Positions 43,950 to 53,640 of a DNA stretch of 64,000 nt are shown here, piece after piece. A program made the translations under genes and the position numbers. The notes below the pieces were generated by a model that was not told the DNA's origin, ran no database searches, and saw only the letters and a list, made by a program, of their open reading frames with translations. This DNA comes from Promethearchaeota archaeon (GTDB lineage: Archaea > Asgardarchaeota > Lokiarchaeia > Sigyniarchaeales > SOKP01), in NCBI GenBank assembly GCA_016839585.1, contig JAEOTZ010000072.1, forward strand, positions 1 to 64,000, read 5' to 3'. Each line of letters starts with the position of its first letter. The first letter of the stretch is position 1.

Positions 43950-44189
43950 GTGTCAAACTACCCAAAATATGAAAAATATTCTCAATTTGAAAAGAAGAAG
44001 AAACCAAGTCTCTATGGAAGATTAGGAATTTTCTTTCAAAACACAAAAAGAATTTTGAAAATTTCAAATAAACCGGATAGGAAGGAATATTTTTTAGTTT
44101 TTAAAATTTGTGCCATTGGACTTGTTCTTTTAGGAGCAATATCATATATCATTCAACTAATTTTTAACTTTGTACCCTTTGCTATATAA
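43950..44189 (+). CDS. secE: Protein translocase SecE/Sec61 gamma
   Basis: RILKISNKPDRKEY plus a single TM; follows ftsY. Confidence 0.92.
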   Translation: MSNYPKYEKYSQFEKKKKPSLYGRLGIFFQNTKRILKISNKPDRKEYFLVFKICAIGLVLLGAISYIIQLIFNFVPFAI

Positions 44190-44241
44190 TTTTCACTTTT
44201 TTCTATAATTCTTAAATAAGATCTAAATTTTTAAGATAACA

Positions 44242-44664
44242 ATGAAAGTCACACTTAATTATTCAGAGAACCTCCATTTTTTAGCACAAGCAAGGCGTTT
44301 TAAAAGGATTCATATTGATGAACCAGAATCATTTAGTGGTACAAATCTAGCGCCTAGCCCTCTTGAATATGTACTAATTGGAATCGGGGGTTGTATTGGT
44401 AATTCTTTTATCTATTGTCTACAAAAGCATAATATCCTAAGCGAGAAATTAGAAATTGTTGTAGATGGAAAATTAAAGCATTCAGGACCTAAATATACTT
44501 TAAAATTAGTAAAAATTGATATAGAGTTATTATTTACTCCTAAAAGTGGACAATCAAAAGAGAAGATTGATTTATGTAAAAAAATTTTTCAGGAATACTG
44601 TCCTGTATCAAATGTGATTACTAAAGAAACACCGCTTATTATAAGAATTAGACAAGAACTATAA
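44242..44664 (+). CDS. OsmC family protein
   Basis: DEP…G….PSPLEY…GGC…YCPVS. Confidence 0.88.
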   Translation: MKVTLNYSENLHFLAQARRFKRIHIDEPESFSGTNLAPSPLEYVLIGIGGCIGNSFIYCLQKHNILSEKLEIVVDGKLKHSGPKYTLKLVKIDIELLFTPKSGQSKEKIDLCKKIFQEYCPVSNVITKETPLIIRIRQEL

Positions 44665-44699
44665 AGAAAGAAAAAAAAGAATCATTAAAATTTGATTAA

Positions 44700-45924
44700 T
44701 TAGAAATAGTGCACAGTAATATAATCAGGAACTACTACTTCCTCTTCTTTATTTTTGCAAGCAACAAAGTTTATTTTCATGTTTATTGATAGTGTGAGAA
44801 GACGTTTGGTTAAAATACCATCTATTATCAAATATTGGGTATCTTTATAATTTCTGATTTTTTCAAAAAGTTCTCCAACCATTATATCAAATAGCTTCTC
44901 CATTGCTTTATTAAAACCTATACTATGACCAGGTTCAATATCTTTAATACCCTCAATGATCGCAGATTCATTTTTAACCTTAAGATTTTTTAAAACATTA
45001 TATAGTCCCTCTTCTTTACCTGCATATTCTAATTCAACTTTTTCGATATCCTTTATTTCTTTAAACAAATTAGCGTTTTTCTTGTTTTGTAGTGCTTTTA
45101 TCAATTGCTTTCTAGTTAATTCCTCAACTTCATATCCCTCAGGAGCTCTAGCAATGAAATCAATTTTAGCAACTTGTAAAAGTTCCTTTAAAATGATCAT
45201 TCCACCCCTATCTCCATCCATAAACGCTGTTACCGAACTCTTATTTTTTGTTAATTTTATTACTGGCTTAGGCACTTGGGTTCCTTGGACTGCAATTGTA
45301 TTTTTAACACCAATCCTTAATAAGTTTAAAACATCTGCACGACCTTCCACAATTATTAAATCAGGATTAATATCTACTTCAGGTCCAGCAGGTAATTTTT
45401 CTTTACCCCAAGAAAGAATTTCTCCAAGTTTAATATCTGTGTCAATTTGTTCTTCTATTTCACTTGGTTCTAAAGATTTTTGATCCCACTCTTTTAAAAG
45501 TTCAGTAGCACGTTTAATTATTTTTTTTCGTTTTGTTTCGCGAACATCACGAATCTCTAAGAGTTTCATATCTGCTTCGCAAGGTCCAACCCTAGATACT
45601 GTTTCAACAGTCGCAGCTAATAGTGCTGTTTCTTTACGCGTGAGGCTACTAGGTATTTTAATGATCCCTTCGGAAATTCCTTCCTTGGATTCATTATCAA
45701 CCTCGATTCTTCCAATTCGTCCAGATTTTTGTAAATCCCTTAAATCCAGATCCAAAAGAAGACCTTCGGTTTAGCCGATTAAGCCGAATTGGCTTCAAGT
45801 TTCTTTATCTCTGGCCAAAAATAGCCCCCACAATATCGCTTTGTTCTACAACACCTTTAATTTTGAATTTTGTGGTGATAATATATTTTGTGGTAAATTC
45901 ATTTTGACTGGTAATCTTGATCAC
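44700..45924 (-). CDS. dnaG: Archaeal DnaG (TOPRIM; exosome-associated), split gene: exon 1 45924 (GTG; or ATT 45915)..45811, exon 2 45770..44700
   Basis: Exon 1 KYII…GVVEQSDIVGAIFGQ; exon 2 TEGLLLDLDLRDLQKSGRIGRIEV…IVEGRADV…DGDRGG. Confidence 0.9.
45771..45810 (-). other. Putative 40-nt BHB/BHL-type mRNA intron in dnaG
   Basis: AGAUAAAGAAACUUGAAGCCAAUUCGGCUUAAUCGGCUAA; removal restores GAIFGQTEGLL; central helix GGCC/GGCU with AG|A and AA|A junctions. Confidence 0.8.
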
Positions 45925-46187
45925 TTCCTTAATTTTTATTTTTCATAATGAAATCTAAGCTCATATTCAAAATCTATGAGAGTAAAATGATATATTGTAT
46001 GAGTTTGATTTTTTGAATTTTTTAAATAATTTTAATATATAATTTAAAATCATCATTGCGATGATTATATTTTAATAGAATTATTCAATCAATTTATTTT
46101 TTGTGAATCTAAAGAATTTCTCAAAAAGTAAAAAATAATATCCTCATGAGATATTTATTTTTTAGATAAGAATTATAATCTATATCA

Positions 46188-46382
46188 ATGAGTTATTGGA
46201 ACAGAATTTTAATAGAAAAGCTTTTTTCACAATCCAAAAAAAATTATGTGAAATATAAATTAAATACAGATATAGGCAGATTTTATTTTTATTTTAAAAA
46301 AGAAAAAGGATCTGAATCTAAAGTTACAGGCAAATTGATTTTCTATCCTGATCCAAAACAACAGTTTCCTAATAAACCTTAG
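46188..46382 (+). CDS. Small hypothetical protein
   Basis: 64-aa ORF with ATG; no recognised motif. Confidence 0.4.
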   Translation: MSYWNRILIEKLFSQSKKNYVKYKLNTDIGRFYFYFKKEKGSESKVTGKLIFYPDPKQQFPNKP

Positions 46383-46495
46383 ATAATGTTATTATCTATA
46401 TTCTTCTTTAATATTAGTTTGAATCTGATTAGCTTTTTATGGCATTTTTATTTTTATTATATAATCTTAAAAATTTAAAATCTAAAAAGCCATAA

Positions 46496-47521
46496 ATGGA
46501 GAAAATTCTCGTTTTAGGTGGTAAAGGAGGAGTTGGAAAAAGCTCTATTAGCGCTGCTACAGCCGTTTTATTATCAGATTTGCTCCCTAATAAAAAGATA
46601 CTTCTGATTTCTTTTGATATGGCACACAATCTTAGTGACCTATTTCAATTAGAGATTAATAATAAACTTACTCCATTATCTAGAAACCTCTGGGGAATTG
46701 AACCCGATGCTAATATATATGCTGAGGAATACACAAAAGAACTGATACAAAAAATGAAAACCCTAATGATACAGATGCCTATTGTTGGGATGATCCCCCA
46801 AATTGAAAAATTTATAGATAAAACTTTTACAGCAAATTCTATTCCATTGGCCCTAAAAAATGCCATGTTTTTTCAAAAAATTTTAGACGCTGAAGATATT
46901 AATACTGATGATGTTCAATTTGATATAGTTATCGCAGATTTCCCTCCTACTGCAAACATGATTACTTTATTTGAGATTCCGGAAGATCAAGTAAAAGTAG
47001 TTTTAAAATATTCTTTAAACTTCTATAATTCAATTAAAGGAGCTATTAGAAATGTTTCAAAAATGTGGAGGAATATCATAAAACCATTTGATGATCGTGA
47101 ACAGCGAAGAGAATTAGGAAAAGAAATCTTTAATATGATTGTAGAGCTCGAAAAGCGCGGTGAACGAATTTCAGATCTGATTCACGATATTGGTTCACTT
47201 AGACTTGTTACTATTGCTGAAAAGCCGAGTTTTGAGGAAATAAAAAGAGCGAGAGATTTAACGGAAAAATATATTAAATTAGAAGGAGTTCACATTAATA
47301 TGATTACTCCTGAAGCAAAAAAATGTGATTTTTGCAATATTCTACACTCAAATCAACTAAAATATATCAAAGAAATTAAAAGTGAATTTAAAAAATTAAA
47401 GATCTGGCAATCTAAAAGACTTAAAGAAGAACCTATTGGAATAAATGGTTTGAAAAAATTAGCTTATGAGATTTATGGAGTAGATATTAACGCAGAGAAT
47501 ATTTTAAATCCAAAAATATAA
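46496..47521 (+). CDS. ArsA/GET3 family ATPase
   Basis: GGKGGVGKSS, DMAHNLSD, DFPPT, C-terminal CDFC. Confidence 0.9.
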   Translation: MEKILVLGGKGGVGKSSISAATAVLLSDLLPNKKILLISFDMAHNLSDLFQLEINNKLTPLSRNLWGIEPDANIYAEEYTKELIQKMKTLMIQMPIVGMIPQIEKFIDKTFTANSIPLALKNAMFFQKILDAEDINTDDVQFDIVIADFPPTANMITLFEIPEDQVKVVLKYSLNFYNSIKGAIRNVSKMWRNIIKPFDDREQRRELGKEIFNMIVELEKRGERISDLIHDIGSLRLVTIAEKPSFEEIKRARDLTEKYIKLEGVHINMITPEAKKCDFCNILHSNQLKYIKEIKSEFKKLKIWQSKRLKEEPIGINGLKKLAYEIYGVDINAENILNPKI

Positions 47522-47559
47522 TATTATGAATAAGATTAAGCTTTTAAAATACTAAAAAT

Positions 47560-48828
47560 TTAGGTTCCTTCAAGATAGCCATGAATATAGTTATATTGTT
47601 CCTCTGTTAATTTATCTATCTTAATACCCATCGATTCTAATTTTAGGAAGCCAACTTTATCATCAATTTCAGGGGGAATATTAATAATTCCAGCCTTCCA
47701 TGAACCCTTATTTCTAACAATATATTCTGACATTAAAGATTGTAATCCAAAACTCATATCCATTACTTCACTTGGATGACCTTCAGATAAAACTAGATTT
47801 GCCAAACGTCCCTTTGCCAATAAATATATTTTATTACCATTTGGAAGTATTAATTCCTCAACATGTCTACGAATAGGTTTAATTTCTATTGCATATTCGT
47901 ATAATTCTTTTGTGGGGATTTCAATATCAAAGTGTCCCAAATTTCCAAGAATAACTCCATCCTTAAGCATGTCAAATACTTCAGGTCTTGGAGGTAGAAC
48001 ATGCTTGCAACCTGTTGCGGTTAAGATAATTTCCGCATTTGGAACTGCTTTGGCAATTGGCATAACCTGATATCCTGCGAACCTTGCTTGAAGCGCTTTT
48101 ATTGGATCAACTTCGGTTATAATAACATCAGCTCCTAAACCTCTTGCTCTAAGTGCCATTCCTGAGCTGCAATGGCCATAACCTGCAATGACTACTTTCT
48201 TTCCCGCAAAAAGGACATGCATCCCGTAAATTGCTGAAATAATCCCTTGTCCTGTACCTAGCTCATTATCGAACTGGTTTTTACATCTTGCATCATTTAC
48301 AGGAAATAATGGAACTTTTAATGCTCCTTGTTTATCCATGGCCCTAAATCTCTTTACGCCTGTTGTTGTTTCCTCCTGGCATCCAATAATAGTTCCTTTT
48401 TCTATTAGTTCTGGAAATTCGTTATGCAATGTAACGATCATATCTCCTCCATCATCAATTAAGATATTTGGTTTAGCTTCTAAGCATTTTCTAATACACC
48501 AATAAAACTCTTCATCTGTATTGCCATGCCACGCGAATACATTTATATCTTCTTTAATTAGAGCCGCAGCAACATCATCTTGAGTGGATAATGGATTACT
48601 ACCACATAGATAAACTTCTGCTCCTCCCGATTTTAATGTTCGAGCTAAGTTTCCCGTTTCTTTTGTTATATGAAGACATCCTGCGATAACAACACCTACT
48701 AAAGGCTTTTCCTTCGTAAATCTATCTCGAATTACTTTAGCAGTTACAGGCATTTTCCTTTCCGCAACGTATAATGCTTCTTTTCCCTTTTCACTTAAAG
48801 ACTCATCGGCGACTTTGTAATTTACCAT
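47560..48828 (-). CDS. ahcY: S-adenosylhomocysteine hydrolase
   Basis: GCLHIT.ET, SNPLSTQD, EETTTG, GHP.EVMDMSF; ATG 48828 follows a GGTGA SD. Confidence 0.96.
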   Translation of the reverse strand: MVNYKVADESLSEKGKEALYVAERKMPVTAKVIRDRFTKEKPLVGVVIAGCLHITKETGNLARTLKSGGAEVYLCGSNPLSTQDDVAAALIKEDINVFAWHGNTDEEFYWCIRKCLEAKPNILIDDGGDMIVTLHNEFPELIEKGTIIGCQEETTTGVKRFRAMDKQGALKVPLFPVNDARCKNQFDNELGTGQGIISAIYGMHVLFAGKKVVIAGYGHCSSGMALRARGLGADVIITEVDPIKALQARFAGYQVMPIAKAVPNAEIILTATGCKHVLPPRPEVFDMLKDGVILGNLGHFDIEIPTKELYEYAIEIKPIRRHVEELILPNGNKIYLLAKGRLANLVLSEGHPSEVMDMSFGLQSLMSEYIVRNKGSWKAGIINIPPEIDDKVGFLKLESMGIKIDKLTEEQYNYIHGYLEGT

Positions 48829-48955
48829 TTTATAAATCACCTATTTTAAATTATTATGATTAATATTAGTAATTTTATGATCTTATTTAAATATGATCTT
48901 GGAAAATTGTATAATAATTATAAAAAGTTTAAGCAAATTATTATATATTTAAAAA

Positions 48956-49891
48956 ATGTATACTGAATTAATACAAAAATTGTATTCCAAAACAAAACCG
49001 AATATTACAAAAATTTCAAGAGAATTAAAGATTACAAGAGTTACTTTCCAAAATAGATTTGAACAGTTAGCTCGAGAACATATAATCAAGAACTTTACTA
49101 TAAATATTAATCCAAATATTTCACCAAATTTGAAATATATCATTCTTGAAATAAAAACTAATCCAAAAGAACCTCATCTTGTAGAAGAATTACAAAAAAT
49201 ACCCCAGTTAAAAATTTTAGATGGAATTTTTGGTGAGTTTTCACTCCTTACTTTATTTATTTTTAAAGATTCAAATGAATTTAGTCAAGTTTTAAATATA
49301 ATAGATAAAATAATGTCAAATTCTTATTTTAAAAAATATCAATTAGTTGAAGCAATTAGAGTTTACAAAACCTATGGAATTGAATTGACAAAAGTTAGAC
49401 TAGATGTTAATTATACTTTGGATAATATTAATTATTTAATTTTAAAAATTTTAGAAGAAGATCAAGGATTAAAATTGCTATCTACTTTTGAAATTTCTCG
49501 GATATTAAAAAGAAAATATCAAATTGAGATTTCTCAGTCAACAATTTACAATAGGATTAAAAATCTTGAACAAACAGGAATTATCTTAAATTATGCAATA
49601 AATTTTAATCCAAGCAAATTAGGATTTAAGGGAAAATTTTTTATTAGAATCAAACCAAGAGATACTTCAAAATATAACCAAATTGCTTTAAAATTAAAAA
49701 AGAAGCAAGAAATCACCCATCTATTTAGGATTGGTGAACAATATGGATTATTTGCCATTGTTCGAGTAAGAAATATTGAAGATTATGCATCTTTTATAAA
49801 ATATCTTTATGAAACAGAAGAAATAGAAGATACTTTTACCATTTTTGTCCTAGATGAGTTAAAACCATATACAAATTTTAAGTTTTATTAA
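48956..49891 (+). CDS. Tandem Lrp/AsnC family transcriptional regulator
   Basis: Two HTH plus RAM modules (STIYNRIKNLEQTGII); divergent from ahcY. Confidence 0.85.
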   Translation: MYTELIQKLYSKTKPNITKISRELKITRVTFQNRFEQLAREHIIKNFTININPNISPNLKYIILEIKTNPKEPHLVEELQKIPQLKILDGIFGEFSLLTLFIFKDSNEFSQVLNIIDKIMSNSYFKKYQLVEAIRVYKTYGIELTKVRLDVNYTLDNINYLILKILEEDQGLKLLSTFEISRILKRKYQIEISQSTIYNRIKNLEQTGIILNYAINFNPSKLGFKGKFFIRIKPRDTSKYNQIALKLKKKQEITHLFRIGEQYGLFAIVRVRNIEDYASFIKYLYETEEIEDTFTIFVLDELKPYTNFKFY

Positions 49892-50034
49892 AAAAACTGT
49901 TTTATAAATCCAAAGAAAGTTGTTGAATTTAGGAAATCTATTTCTAATTACATGTAACTAAATTCTTAATAACTTTCGGATATTTCATTAAATAATACGA
50001 AAAATAAATCCTATAATATCTTTTATTAAAAAAG

Positions 50035-52122
50035 ATGACTCATTTTTTTGAAGTAATAAGTACAAAGGTTGGTTATTCAAGAATAGGACGGGTTTTAATA
50101 TCTAAAAAACCTAAAATTTATGGCAAAACACCTAATATCCTTATTCCTATAAGAAATGTTTTAATGCATCAATTAGATTTTATAGAACAATTTGAAAACC
50201 ATGATTTTTTCGTAATTACTAAAGAAATTTTTTTAAAAATTAGTTTTATCAGGGATAAATTCAAAAAAACAGGATTTATTTTTACTCACACAGGGAAATT
50301 AGAAAGATTTCAACAAATACTAGTTGAAAATTCAGATATTTTTTTTGAGGATAATATAATATCAATAATTCCATTTAATATTCCAACTACAATTATTAAT
50401 AAGGATTTTGTTCATAAGGAAATTGAAAATTATATTAATTCTGCTGAAAAAATTCTAAAAAATAATCCGAATCTTAATTTTGGTATAACTATAAAAATAT
50501 TTGATTACCCTAAATTAGTTAATCTATATTTTCCACTGATAAGAAATAATGAAAATATCAAAATATTAAATTTAGCGGATATCTTCGATAATTTTAGCTA
50601 CTTCAGGAACATAATCGGACTTCTTGGCGAAATTAAAACACATTTAGATAATAATATTATTATAATGGCTTCTGGTAGGGTAATTCCTAAATTTTATCCA
50701 ATTTTAATATACCTTGGAGTCGATCTAATAGATAGTTCTTATTTAATGTATTTATCAGGAGAAAATTTCTATGATTCGATAGAATACTTGTTACCAATCT
50801 ATAAAATAAAATTTTTACCTTGTTCTTGCGTTGCGTGTCAAGGAAAATTAAAGAATTTATTAGAAGATAAATATTCATCCGAAAAAATTGATCTACTTTG
50901 TTTACATAATTTAATATCAGCGTTTAATTATATGAAAAAAATCAAACAGTATATATCTTATGAAGATTTTAGAGCATTTGTCGAAAAATCTTCTCTAGAT
51001 GATACTAATGTAATTTCAATTCTAAAAGTTTTAGATAAATCTTATTTTGACCTCATAAGATACGAGACGCCAATAGTCCAAGAAAATAAAATTGTTAAAT
51101 GTTTTGGACCCTCATCATATTATAGACCGGATTTCCAAGAATTTAGAGTAAGAACCATAGAAAATTTTGAACCAGAGCCATGGACTAGACTAATTATATT
51201 ACTTCCATGTTCTGCTAAAAAACCATATTCAGAATCTAAGTCACATAAATTATTTCATAAAGCAATTAGAAAATTTTCAGAATTTCCCCATTTCCAAGAA
51301 TTTATTTTAACTTCACCTTTAGGGATTATACCAAGACAATTAGAAAATATTTATCCTGTTAATTCATATGATATTTCAGTTACTGGAGAATGGGATAATG
51401 AAGAACTTAATATTACTGTAGAAATGCTTGTGAAAATATTAGAGAAATATAATAAAGATATTCCAATAATTTGTCATCTTGAAAATGGTTATCTTGAAAT
51501 TGCCAAGAAAGCAACTTCAAAGTTAGAGCACAATTTTATCTTTTCTAAAATATATGGAAGAACAACTTCTAAAGAATCACTTCAATCTTTGGAGAATTTA
51601 ATTAAAGAACAAAAAGATAAGTACATAGTAAACGAAAGTCTTCCAAGAAAAGATTTTATCTCAAAAACCTGGATAAGAAAGTTCATAAAAATATTAGATT
51701 ATCAGTTTGGTCCAGGTTCAGGAGTAAAAATTATTTCTAGTGGGATAGTTCTAAAGAAGAATAAAGCTTCTACTCAAATTAGCTTAATAAACTCTAATAA
51801 GAATGAAGAAATAGGTGTTTTTAAATTCAAAACTGGACAAATTAGCTTAAACCTTAAAGGAATCATTCAAATTACTCAAGATCCAAGTTCTATTAAATCC
51901 AATTATATTATGTTTGATGGAGAAGAGATTATGGGAAACACATTATTTCGAGCAGGAATTTTAAATTGGAGTTCTGATCTAATCCCAAATAATCATGTTA
52001 TCATCCTTGATAAAAAGAAAAAGAATATAATTGCAATAGGAGAGCTGTTAGTAGGGTCAAATTTTATCAAAAATTCAAAAGCAGGAAGGATAGTAAAAAT
52101 TTATGAAAAAGCACAATTCTAA
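50035..52122 (+). CDS. arcS: Archaeosine synthase alpha subunit ArcS (TGT-like plus PUA)
   Basis: GVDLID, LLPCSAKKPYS.SKSH, TSPLGIIPRQLE, C-terminal PUA. Confidence 0.9.
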   Translation: MTHFFEVISTKVGYSRIGRVLISKKPKIYGKTPNILIPIRNVLMHQLDFIEQFENHDFFVITKEIFLKISFIRDKFKKTGFIFTHTGKLERFQQILVENSDIFFEDNIISIIPFNIPTTIINKDFVHKEIENYINSAEKILKNNPNLNFGITIKIFDYPKLVNLYFPLIRNNENIKILNLADIFDNFSYFRNIIGLLGEIKTHLDNNIIIMASGRVIPKFYPILIYLGVDLIDSSYLMYLSGENFYDSIEYLLPIYKIKFLPCSCVACQGKLKNLLEDKYSSEKIDLLCLHNLISAFNYMKKIKQYISYEDFRAFVEKSSLDDTNVISILKVLDKSYFDLIRYETPIVQENKIVKCFGPSSYYRPDFQEFRVRTIENFEPEPWTRLIILLPCSAKKPYSESKSHKLFHKAIRKFSEFPHFQEFILTSPLGIIPRQLENIYPVNSYDISVTGEWDNEELNITVEMLVKILEKYNKDIPIICHLENGYLEIAKKATSKLEHNFIFSKIYGRTTSKESLQSLENLIKEQKDKYIVNESLPRKDFISKTWIRKFIKILDYQFGPGSGVKIISSGIVLKKNKASTQISLINSNKNEEIGVFKFKTGQISLNLKGIIQITQDPSSIKSNYIMFDGEEIMGNTLFRAGILNWSSDLIPNNHVIILDKKKKNIIAIGELLVGSNFIKNSKAGRIVKIYEKAQF

Positions 52123-53203
52123 AATTACCTATAATGAATCATTGACCGAAAAAATATTTTTTTATAGGCAACAAACCTTAAAAAGAAAGAAAAAATACGA
52201 TCAAGAGCAATTAAACAAGCCAATTACTTTTTGGATAAAAAAGGAAAGACTTTTAGGTGAAATTGGGAAGGAATTCACTATTATTTTGAGAACTAGAGGA
52301 TGTGATTGGGCATTAGGAGCTCATGGTGGATGCTCAATGTGCGGTTATATTAAAGACGCTAATATAGAAAATGTTGCTCCTACGCAAATAAAAAATCAGT
52401 TTGATTATGCTCTAAGTAATAAATTAAATGAAATCAATAAAGATACTGATAATTACGTTTTAAAATTATTTAATTCTGGTAGTTTTCTTGATGAGGGTGA
52501 AATAAGTGAAAATGTTCGAAGATATATTTATGAAAAAATCGCAAGCATAGGAAAAATTAAAGAGGTTGTTTTGGAATCAAGAGTAGAGTATATAACTCCA
52601 GATAAACTCATTGAAATAAAGCGATATTTAAAAAATAAATATCTTGAGATTGGAATAGGACTTGAAGCCATAGATGATTACATAAGAAATAATTATATCA
52701 ATAAGGGGCTTTTATTTAGTGATTTTAAAAATGCTATTCAAATATGTAAAGAACATAATATTGGGGTAAAAGCATATTTATTATTTAAACCTCCATTCGT
52801 AAATGAACAAGGAGCAATGGATGACTGTGAAAATTCAATAAAAGAATTAATAGAATTAAAAGTAAATTCTATATCAATAAATCCTTTAAATATTCAAAAA
52901 GGCACATTTACGGAATTTTTATGGTTTCAAAAAAGATATAGACCACCATGGTATTACTCACTATTTAAATGTTTAAAAAGATCATTATCACAAGAGGATT
53001 TAAAAACAGTGAGAATTTTATCTGATCCTTCAGGAGCAGGAACTAAAAGGGGGATTCATAATTGTCTAAAGAGGGAATGTGAGAGCTCTGCCAAAGAAGT
53101 TTTAAGAAAGTTTGTTCTTACTCAAGATTTAAGAGAATTAGATAAAGAGACATTTGATTGTAACTGTAAAAAAAAGTATAAAATGCAAAAATCTTATTAT
53201 TGA
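52103..53203 (+). CDS. Archaeosine biosynthesis radical SAM enzyme RaSEA
   Basis: ILRTRGCDW…GGCSMCGY, FNSGSFLD, KAYLLFKPPF, YRPPW; overlaps arcS. Confidence 0.9.
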   Translation: MKKHNSKITYNESLTEKIFFYRQQTLKRKKKYDQEQLNKPITFWIKKERLLGEIGKEFTIILRTRGCDWALGAHGGCSMCGYIKDANIENVAPTQIKNQFDYALSNKLNEINKDTDNYVLKLFNSGSFLDEGEISENVRRYIYEKIASIGKIKEVVLESRVEYITPDKLIEIKRYLKNKYLEIGIGLEAIDDYIRNNYINKGLLFSDFKNAIQICKEHNIGVKAYLLFKPPFVNEQGAMDDCENSIKELIELKVNSISINPLNIQKGTFTEFLWFQKRYRPPWYYSLFKCLKRSLSQEDLKTVRILSDPSGAGTKRGIHNCLKRECESSAKEVLRKFVLTQDLRELDKETFDCNCKKKYKMQKSYY

Positions 53204-53344
53204 ACATCTCTATTTCATGATTAGTTTTTTTTGTCATAAGGGGAATTGCCATTTTTGTAATTTATTATCAAAAAAACCATTATATTTAAATAATAACCAC
53301 CAATGTTTTATTTTATATTTGAATTACTAAGCTAGGCATTACGC

Positions 53345-53593
53345 TTGAAAAACTGGGTTAAATTAAATCTATTTTATGTTGGCAAATCAAAAAAGCATTA
53401 TATTTTTAGAGCAAAACAATGGAATAGAAAATTAGAAAAATTGTTAAAGCAATCACTTTTTAATGAAAAATATGAGAAGATTGGATATATTAAAGATATA
53501 TTTGGCCCATTTGAATTACCATTTCTTTCAATAAAAACCTTACCCGGTCAGCAATTTGACCCTAATGATAAATTTTATGCTAATTTGACCTAG
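53345..53593 (+). CDS. gar1: H/ACA RNP component Gar1
   Basis: KIGYIKDIFGPFELPF; conserved position upstream of tfb. Confidence 0.8.
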   Translation: MKNWVKLNLFYVGKSKKHYIFRAKQWNRKLEKLLKQSLFNEKYEKIGYIKDIFGPFELPFLSIKTLPGQQFDPNDKFYANLT

Positions 53594-53640
53594 ATTTTTA
53601 AAGATCTTTTTAAAAAATGTTTTAAAATAAGGTGTAATCG

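Noticed and set aside
44956-45483. 175-aa plus-strand ORF
   Set aside because: Antisense shadow of dnaG with no recognisable motif.
44700-45755. ORF-track DnaG starting at TTG 45755
   Set aside because: It starts inside the conserved N-terminal domain. The missing conserved residues are encoded upstream in another frame beyond the 40-nt insert.
45771-45810. Ribosomal frameshift, hop or simple duplication as the explanation of the dnaG insert
   Set aside because: A simple frameshift meets stops (TAA in the exon-1 frame, and TAA just before ACC in the exon-2 frame). A GGC-to-GGC hop would land directly before UAA. The insert is not a copy of flanking sequence. Disfavoured rather than excluded.
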